From: an uncultured Actinomycetota bacterium
Lineage (GTDB): Bacteria; Actinomycetota; Humimicrobiia; Humimicrobiales; Humimicrobiaceae
Direction of reading: 5' to 3'
Length of the DNA stretch: 64,000 nt
Assembly (NCBI GenBank): GCA_964616545.1
Contig: CAZTUA010000027.1
Location: forward strand, 75,370 to 139,369
A model generated the notes under the pieces. That model was not told where the DNA came from. It searched no databases and worked only from the letters and a program-made list of their open reading frames with translations. Shown here in pieces: positions 58,590-64,000 of this stretch; positions within the stretch are counted from its first letter, which is position 1; each line of letters starts with the position of its first letter. Position numbers and translations under genes: made by a program.

Positions 58590-59591
58590 TTAAAAAAGTG
58601 AGTCGGGAGTGGCAACGCTTTTGCTGTATTCTTTTACGAATGCCTCAACCTTTTCTGTGTCATCCTTATCAAGTTCCATATCTCCTGCAAGCACATTTTC
58701 TGCAGCCTGTTTTTTATCCCTTGCTCCGCAGAGCGCGATTACTTTTGGATTTTTAGTGAGCCAGGCAACTGCGATATGCCCGTAAGAAGCATTATGTTTT
58801 CTAGCAACAGAGTTAAGATGCTTTTCCAGCAGTTTATTGGTTTTTTCTATGTTTTCAGCAGAATACCTCGGGTCATCGAGCCTTGAATCCCCGCTCTTGA
58901 ATTTTCTATCCGGCGGTATCTTGCCTGTAAGCAGCCCCTTTGACATGGAACTGTATGCAAGCATGGAGACACCGTTTTTTTCACACCATGGAAGAATATC
59001 TGATTCAACACCCCTATCAATTACACTATACTTCTCCTGATCGGAATCTATAATTCCATGTTCTGAATATTCCTTTAACTCATCAAGCGTTGCGTTGCTT
59101 ACTCCGATCGCCCTTATTTTTCCTTTTTCCTTCATTCTCATAAACAATTCCATCGTTTCAGATATAGGAGTTGTCGGGTCCTGCCAGTGGCTCTGATATA
59201 GATCTATATAATCTGTACCGAGTCTCTTAAGGCTCTGATCAAGCTCATATTCCATAGACTCCCTGCCAAGATATCTATACATTGGAACGCCTGGTTCATA
59301 CTCAAAAAAATAAAAACCCTTATTTAAATCCCACCTGAGGCCGCATTTTGTTGCAATTACAACCTTGTCCCGTCTTCTCTTAATGGCTTTTTTAATAAGT
59401 CTTTCTGAGAGACCCTGGCCATACGCCGGTGCAGTATCAATAAAGTTTATACCCATATTAATTGAGGTCTGGATAGCTTCTATGGATTTTTTTTCATCTG
59501 TGCCTCCCCACCATTTTCCACCAATTGCCCAGGTTCCCAGTGCAATTACTGAAACTTCTATCTGTGAACTACCTAATCTGACATATCTCAT
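58590..59591 (-). CDS. aldo/keto reductase (second paralog)
   Basis: MRYVRLGSS...GTWAIGG start; AKR architecture. Confidence 0.8.
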   Translation of the reverse strand: MRYVRLGSSQIEVSVIALGTWAIGGKWWGGTDEKKSIEAIQTSINMGINFIDTAPAYGQGLSERLIKKAIKRRRDKVVIATKCGLRWDLNKGFYFFEYEPGVPMYRYLGRESMEYELDQSLKRLGTDYIDLYQSHWQDPTTPISETMELFMRMKEKGKIRAIGVSNATLDELKEYSEHGIIDSDQEKYSVIDRGVESDILPWCEKNGVSMLAYSSMSKGLLTGKIPPDRKFKSGDSRLDDPRYSAENIEKTNKLLEKHLNSVARKHNASYGHIAVAWLTKNPKVIALCGARDKKQAAENVLAGDMELDKDDTEKVEAFVKEYSKSVATPDSLF

Positions 59592-59658
59592 TTTTCCTCC
59601 TTCTTATATTCAGAATAATTATTAATGTGCATATTCCCTGTACTGCCAGCCGCTGCCG

Positions 59659-60441
59659 TTACTTTTTTACTGCACGGACATTTATTCTTCTGAAAGTTTC
59701 AAAACATCTGCCATCAGGCTTTTCTGTTTTATCAATCATTCTTCTGACAACTTCATTTCTGAAAACTTCTTTATCTTCATCATCGATTAATTTTAAAAAC
59801 GGAACTATCGACGGCTGGTCTATCCATTTTGCTATTTCATCTTTGTTCACAAAATATCTGTCAGCATTTTCGTCCCAGACTTCTATATCTTTAAAATCGC
59901 TACTCACTACAAGGGATTTATACTCTTCTACTGCAGGCATAAACCAGGGCCATTCAAATGATAAAAAATATTTCTTATAATTTTTATTGCCCATCACCTC
60001 TTTTATTACTTCATAAAAATTAGAGCAATTTCCATCCCCGGCGAAATTAAAACGAATAATGCCATTTTCTTTAAGTGCTCTGTGGCAATTAGCAAGTAAT
60101 TTTTTATGGTCCCTGACCCAGTGCAATGTTGCATTGGAAAATATCAGGTCAAACTCACCGGTAAAATTGATACTGTCAATATTCAGCTTCATAAATGATA
60201 GTCTATCTGTCTCAAGTTCTTTTGCAGCTTTAATCATTCCCTCTGAAGCATCAATACCAACAGTTTTCCCATCCGGTACGAGTCCGGATAACTGTCTGGT
60301 CAGTATACCGTCGCCGCAGCCCAGATCGAGAATAGACTCGTTTCCCCTAAAATTGAATTCAGAAATTATTTTTAATCCCCACTCTTTTTGGTGTTTTGAA
60401 GCTTTCCTGTATTTCTTACCATCAAATTCGTGTACGGACAT
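59659..60441 (-). CDS. class I SAM-dependent methyltransferase (trans-aconitate methyltransferase-like)
   Basis: ILDLGCGDG motif I. Confidence 0.7.
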   Translation of the reverse strand: MSVHEFDGKKYRKASKHQKEWGLKIISEFNFRGNESILDLGCGDGILTRQLSGLVPDGKTVGIDASEGMIKAAKELETDRLSFMKLNIDSINFTGEFDLIFSNATLHWVRDHKKLLANCHRALKENGIIRFNFAGDGNCSNFYEVIKEVMGNKNYKKYFLSFEWPWFMPAVEEYKSLVVSSDFKDIEVWDENADRYFVNKDEIAKWIDQPSIVPFLKLIDDEDKEVFRNEVVRRMIDKTEKPDGRCFETFRRINVRAVKK

Positions 60442-60495
60442 CTACCCCTCCTCTAATGGTATTTACCGGTAAATTCCTGGATTGGACAGTATATA

Positions 60496-61035
60496 TTACT
60501 TATAATTTGCTCCGTATGAACGAACATAATCTACCAGATATTTAATGTTTTCCTTTCTCGTAAAATCCACCGGTTTTGAAAATGCAGCCAGCATATCCGC
60601 TTCATCCGGCAATTTATTTTTTTTAAAGTATAATTTCCACTTAAAAAGAGTCATAATTATTTTGTTCAATATGTCCAGCTTATTAAAATTAAAACCTCCG
60701 CGCAAATAATACAGCCTGACTCTATTTTGCTCTTTAGCAGGAAAGTTTTTCTCAATCAGCTCTTTTACAATTGCATCATTTGCCGGCGAAGCTCCCACCG
60801 CAAAAATAACAATGTTTTTATCCTTTAATTTGTCCATGTTTTCTTTAATGATATCTACGCCGGATATTCCAGAGGCATGCAGACTTCCGCCAAAAATTAT
60901 TGAGTCATATCTGGTTAATGTGTCTTTTCTCAGGAATTTAATATTTAATAATTCCGCCTGTAACTCTTCGGCAATCCACCCGGCATATTTTTTTGTAAAG
61001 CCGGATAACGATTTGTATATAACCAGTGTTTTCAT
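60496..61035 (-). CDS. flavodoxin-like fold protein
   Basis: MKTLVIYKSLSG...T N-terminal phosphate-binding loop. Confidence 0.6.
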   Translation of the reverse strand: MKTLVIYKSLSGFTKKYAGWIAEELQAELLNIKFLRKDTLTRYDSIIFGGSLHASGISGVDIIKENMDKLKDKNIVIFAVGASPANDAIVKELIEKNFPAKEQNRVRLYYLRGGFNFNKLDILNKIIMTLFKWKLYFKKNKLPDEADMLAAFSKPVDFTRKENIKYLVDYVRSYGANYK

Positions 61036-61067
61036 AATTATATATAATAACTAAACTAAAGTGATAT

Positions 61068-61916
61068 TTATAGATTTTTTTGCTTTGAAATATCGCCGGC
61101 TTTTGCATATGGATGGGGATAACGACCCTTCTCTGCTGTGTGTGATTTCATCCAGATTTTTGAGTAAATCTGTACCGCTTCAGCAGGACAGTAATTCAGG
61201 CATGAGTAGCATAAATAACATTTTATATTACGCTGCCAGACTGGCCTTCCGCCAGCCATTTTGACTTTTCCTGAAAGACATACCTTTTCACATATACCGC
61301 AGCCGGTGCATTTTGAATCTGCGTAAAAATACTTCTTTATTTTCGGTGATATAAAATGCGTTGCAAATGGGACCAGCCATTCCAGTATATTGTTTAAAAT
61401 CCTGTTACCTGAGAAAGTAACCCCGCTGTTATCATCCCCGTGGTAATCACTCCTGTCTAAAATTATTTTATGCATCTTGTTTATTTTCCGGAGAGCATTT
61501 TTTTCCAGTATTTCCAGCTCTTCTTTTGTTGGAACAGTATAGTAATCCAGTTTAGGATCACTGGATGCCATATCAACCGTAAAAGCTGAATTTAAATACT
61601 TACCATGTTTTCTGAGGTACTTATCAATTACTTTAAACCCTTTAAAAACCGTCCCTCCCCGGGTGGCTATGGCAAAAAAGTAATCGGAAGATTCTGGATT
61701 CATCCTTTTTAAAAAATCCCTCACAGGAATAGGAATTGTCAGGCCATGACAGGGGAAGATAAAACCAGCGTTCTTTCCTTTTATGCTATAATTTTTCTCT
61801 TTTATACGCTTGACAATTGATACTAACTCCGTATCAGGCAGGAGTTCCTGTAATTTTTTCGCCACAAACAGTGAATTACCCGTTCCTGAAAAGTAATAAA
61901 TCTCTGTTCTTATCAT
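61068..61916 (-). CDS. EFR1-family ferredoxin (flavodoxin-like domain + C-terminal 2x[4Fe-4S])
   Basis: YFSGTGNS flavodoxin-like N-terminus. CTGCGICEKVC and CYLCYSCLNYCP clusters. Confidence 0.6.
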   Translation of the reverse strand: MIRTEIYYFSGTGNSLFVAKKLQELLPDTELVSIVKRIKEKNYSIKGKNAGFIFPCHGLTIPIPVRDFLKRMNPESSDYFFAIATRGGTVFKGFKVIDKYLRKHGKYLNSAFTVDMASSDPKLDYYTVPTKEELEILEKNALRKINKMHKIILDRSDYHGDDNSGVTFSGNRILNNILEWLVPFATHFISPKIKKYFYADSKCTGCGICEKVCLSGKVKMAGGRPVWQRNIKCYLCYSCLNYCPAEAVQIYSKIWMKSHTAEKGRYPHPYAKAGDISKQKNL

Positions 61917-62026
61917 TTGCTCCTTTTATATTAAGTTATCCCGAAAATTTCCTGTTTTATTTTCAGCGTATTTTAAATTTCTATCCGGTCTTTTTAGGCG
62001 AAGCTCTGCAGAATCGTTAAATTACA

Positions 62027-62446
62027 TCATAATGAGAAATATTTTATCTGTTTAAACACTCCGAAATGCTTATCATGCGTGGCAATTAAGTTAATTCCGT
62101 AATAGTCCATGGTAGCAACATGAATTGCATCCCTCGGGAATATATTCTGAAAAGTATTTTTTCCCAGTATATTTCTGGCTTCACTAATTATATTAAAATT
62201 TACAGGCAATATATCATCCACGATCTGCGAAAAGCTATCAAAAATTTCCAGTCCTTTTTCCAGCATACCTATTGACAGGTAGCGGTACAAAATTTCCTGC
62301 ATAACTTCCGCTGAAGTCACGCCGGCAATTTTATTCTCTGAAACTGATTCTAAAATTTTAATAGAAGGCGCCCTGTTCGGATGCTCGTTACCTGCAGCAT
62401 ACATCGGAATATTTGAATCTATAAAGACTTTAGTTTTCTTTATCAC
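62027..62446 (-). CDS. vapC: PIN-domain protein, VapC-like toxin
   Basis: VFIDSN N-terminal acidic motif and later conserved D residues. Overlaps the upstream RHH gene by 17 bp. Confidence 0.7.
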   Translation of the reverse strand: MIKKTKVFIDSNIPMYAAGNEHPNRAPSIKILESVSENKIAGVTSAEVMQEILYRYLSIGMLEKGLEIFDSFSQIVDDILPVNFNIISEARNILGKNTFQNIFPRDAIHVATMDYYGINLIATHDKHFGVFKQIKYFSL

Positions 62447-62681
62447 CTAAAGCTCCTTCTATTATTTCTTTTTCCATAGACTCATAGTCTGCCACAGGGA
62501 GATTTAGAGATTTTAACCTGTCCAGGGCTTTTATCTTATCCTCTTTATTTTTTATGCCATAGTAAGCCGCGACAGCTTCTCTCACAAGCCCTCCTATAGA
62601 TACATTTTCTCTTCTTGCTTTCTCCTTTAACTTTTTATACACATCTTCCTCAAACAACAGTGTTGTTTTCTTTAAAGACAT
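62430..62681 (-). CDS. vapB: ribbon-helix-helix (CopG-like) antitoxin, VapB-like
   Basis: KKTTLLFEEDVYKKLKEKARRENVSIGGLVREAV matches the RHH beta-alpha-alpha pattern. Confidence 0.6.
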   Translation of the reverse strand: MSLKKTTLLFEEDVYKKLKEKARRENVSIGGLVREAVAAYYGIKNKEDKIKALDRLKSLNLPVADYESMEKEIIEGALGDKEN

Positions 62682-63051
62682 AGCTGGTTCCTCTCTATAT
62701 GGCAGATAGCCCCTTAATAGTTATGTTATGTATATAGCTCCATATACATAATAAAACTTTTTTAATAACAGGTCAATTGCCTCTAAATAAATTCTTTTCC
62801 ATTATAAAAAATATTTTGCAGCTTTACTGGCCCGCTAATCAAATAGAGACTCCAGAAAAAATAAATTTTTAGCTGTCAAATCTTCGTTTTTAACAAAATA
62901 ACAATTAGCTTAAAAGTGTTTTTACTGTATAATTATTATGTTTTATCATATTTTTTAATACAATTTTTGTTAAATGCAAAAAATACTAAAGGATTAAAAA
63001 ATTCTACATATAAAGATGTGGTAATATCTGAAATAAAAGGAGACAGACACA

Positions 63052-64000
63052 ATGGACCCAAGAATAAAAAAACTGGCAAAAAATCTTGTTAATTATTCAT
63101 GCAGCGTAAAAAAAGGTGAAAAGGTTCTCATAGAGTGTATCGGAAGTTCGGGAATCCCTCTTGTAAGAGCTGCTGTAAAGGAAATATACAGAGCCGGAGC
63201 AGAGCCCTATGTTAATTTAAAAGATTACAGCGTTATAAGAGAACTGCTAAAAGAATGCAGCATCCCTCAATTAAAAAACATGGCTAAATATGAACTTATA
63301 AATATTAAAGAAATGGATGCTTTTATCGGTATAAGGGCCAGTGATAATGTTAGCGAACTGAGCGATGTAGAATCGGAAAAAATGAATACATATATGAAAC
63401 ATTATTCTGAGCCAGTGAGCGAGGAACGTGTAGATAATACCCGCTGGGTAGTTTTAAGGTACCCCAATTATTCAATGGCCCAGCTGGCAAATACCAGCCT
63501 TGAGTCTTTTGAAGATTTTTATTTTGACGTCTGCAATCTTGATTACGATAAGATGTCCAGAGCCATGGATGGTTTGGTAAAGCTCATGGATAAAACAGAT
63601 ATTGTGCAGATAAAAGGAAAAGATACCGATCTTACCTTTTCAATCAAGAATATACCTGCAATAAAATGTGCCGGAGAATACAACATTCCAGATGGAGAAG
63701 TTTTTACCGCACCGGTTAAAACATCGGTAAACGGCAGAATAACCTTCAACTGTCCTGCTGTTTTCCATGGTTTTACATATGAAAATATAAGCCTTCTATT
63801 TAAAAATGGCAAAATTGTGGAAGCTTCAGCCAATGATACAGAAAGAATCAATAAAGTTCTTGATACGGATGAAGGTGCAAGATATGTGGGAGAGTTCGCC
63901 CTGGGTGTAAATCCCTACATAACAAAACCGATGAAAGACACTCTTTTTGATGAAAAAATAATGGGCAGCTTTCATTTTACTCCGGGGAAATGCTATAAGG
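63052..64000 (+). CDS. M29-family aminopeptidase (AmpS/PepS-like), 3' partial
   Basis: AAAGGAG RBS; frame open to window end; thermophilic-aminopeptidase-like motifs. Not in the supplied ORF track because no stop falls within the window. Confidence 0.75.
   Translation, partial: MDPRIKKLAKNLVNYSCSVKKGEKVLIECIGSSGIPLVRAAVKEIYRAGAEPYVNLKDYSVIRELLKECSIPQLKNMAKYELINIKEMDAFIGIRASDNVSELSDVESEKMNTYMKHYSEPVSEERVDNTRWVVLRYPNYSMAQLANTSLESFEDFYFDVCNLDYDKMSRAMDGLVKLMDKTDIVQIKGKDTDLTFSIKNIPAIKCAGEYNIPDGEVFTAPVKTSVNGRITFNCPAVFHGFTYENISLLFKNGKIVEASANDTERINKVLDTDEGARYVGEFALGVNPYITKPMKDTLFDEKIMGSFHFTPGKCYK

Noticed and set aside
63543-63851. Minus-strand 102-aa ORF
   Set aside because: It lies inside, and antisense to, the M29 aminopeptidase gene, which runs off the window end.
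1-64000. CRISPR arrays, tRNA, rRNA, tmRNA, SRP or RNase P RNA genes
   Set aside because: No periodic direct repeats were seen in any non-coding stretch. No intergenic region showed cloverleaf-like or conserved ncRNA core sequences. The 21783..21960 region was compared against SRP, RNase P and tmRNA cores without a match.

Overview
The window is a low-GC bacterial chromosome segment, Firmicutes/Clostridia-like. Evidence: AGGAGG-type ribosome-binding sites, L-x-x-C lipoboxes, a DUF3048/YerB lipoprotein, and Firmicute synteny hrcA..dnaJ..rsmE..mtaB..phoH-yqfF(pgpH)-ybeY. About 70 coding regions are supported; no rRNA, tRNA or CRISPR was recognised.

Recognisable modules:
- Oxidative-stress genes: partial zupT, cytochrome b5, Dps-like ferritin, SIMPL, msrB.
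- A queuosine-precursor transporter (yhhQ) in operon with an APC permease fused to a PTS-EIIA(Ntr)-like domain, behind a structured leader.
- An AT-rich segment carrying an orphan ParA/MinD ATPase with two bactofilins.
- A Cys-rich Fe-S protein + ferredoxin + 3beta-HSD-family epimerase operon.
- pabABC.
- A lipoprotein GH10 xylanase with tandem CBM9.
- An ABC-2 exporter and a fructokinase.
- dtxR-feoA-feoB plus a FeoB-associated Cys-rich peptide, with a palindromic operator on its promoter.
- A GAF-GGDEF protein.
- An IS256-family transposase insertion.
- hrcA directly followed by dnaJ, with grpE-dnaK absent.
- A TPP riboswitch + terminator controlling thiM-thiE-thiC (thiL follows).
- A VapBC-like RHH/PIN pair and a decayed PIN paralog elsewhere.

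The most unusual, not obviously described items are the ParA-bactofilin-bactofilin locus, the Fe-S/ferredoxin/3beta-HSD operon, and the APC-EIIA fusion co-transcribed with yhhQ. No nuclease/helicase-type defence island was seen. All calls rest on reading the translated ORFs and motifs by eye; no database search was run.
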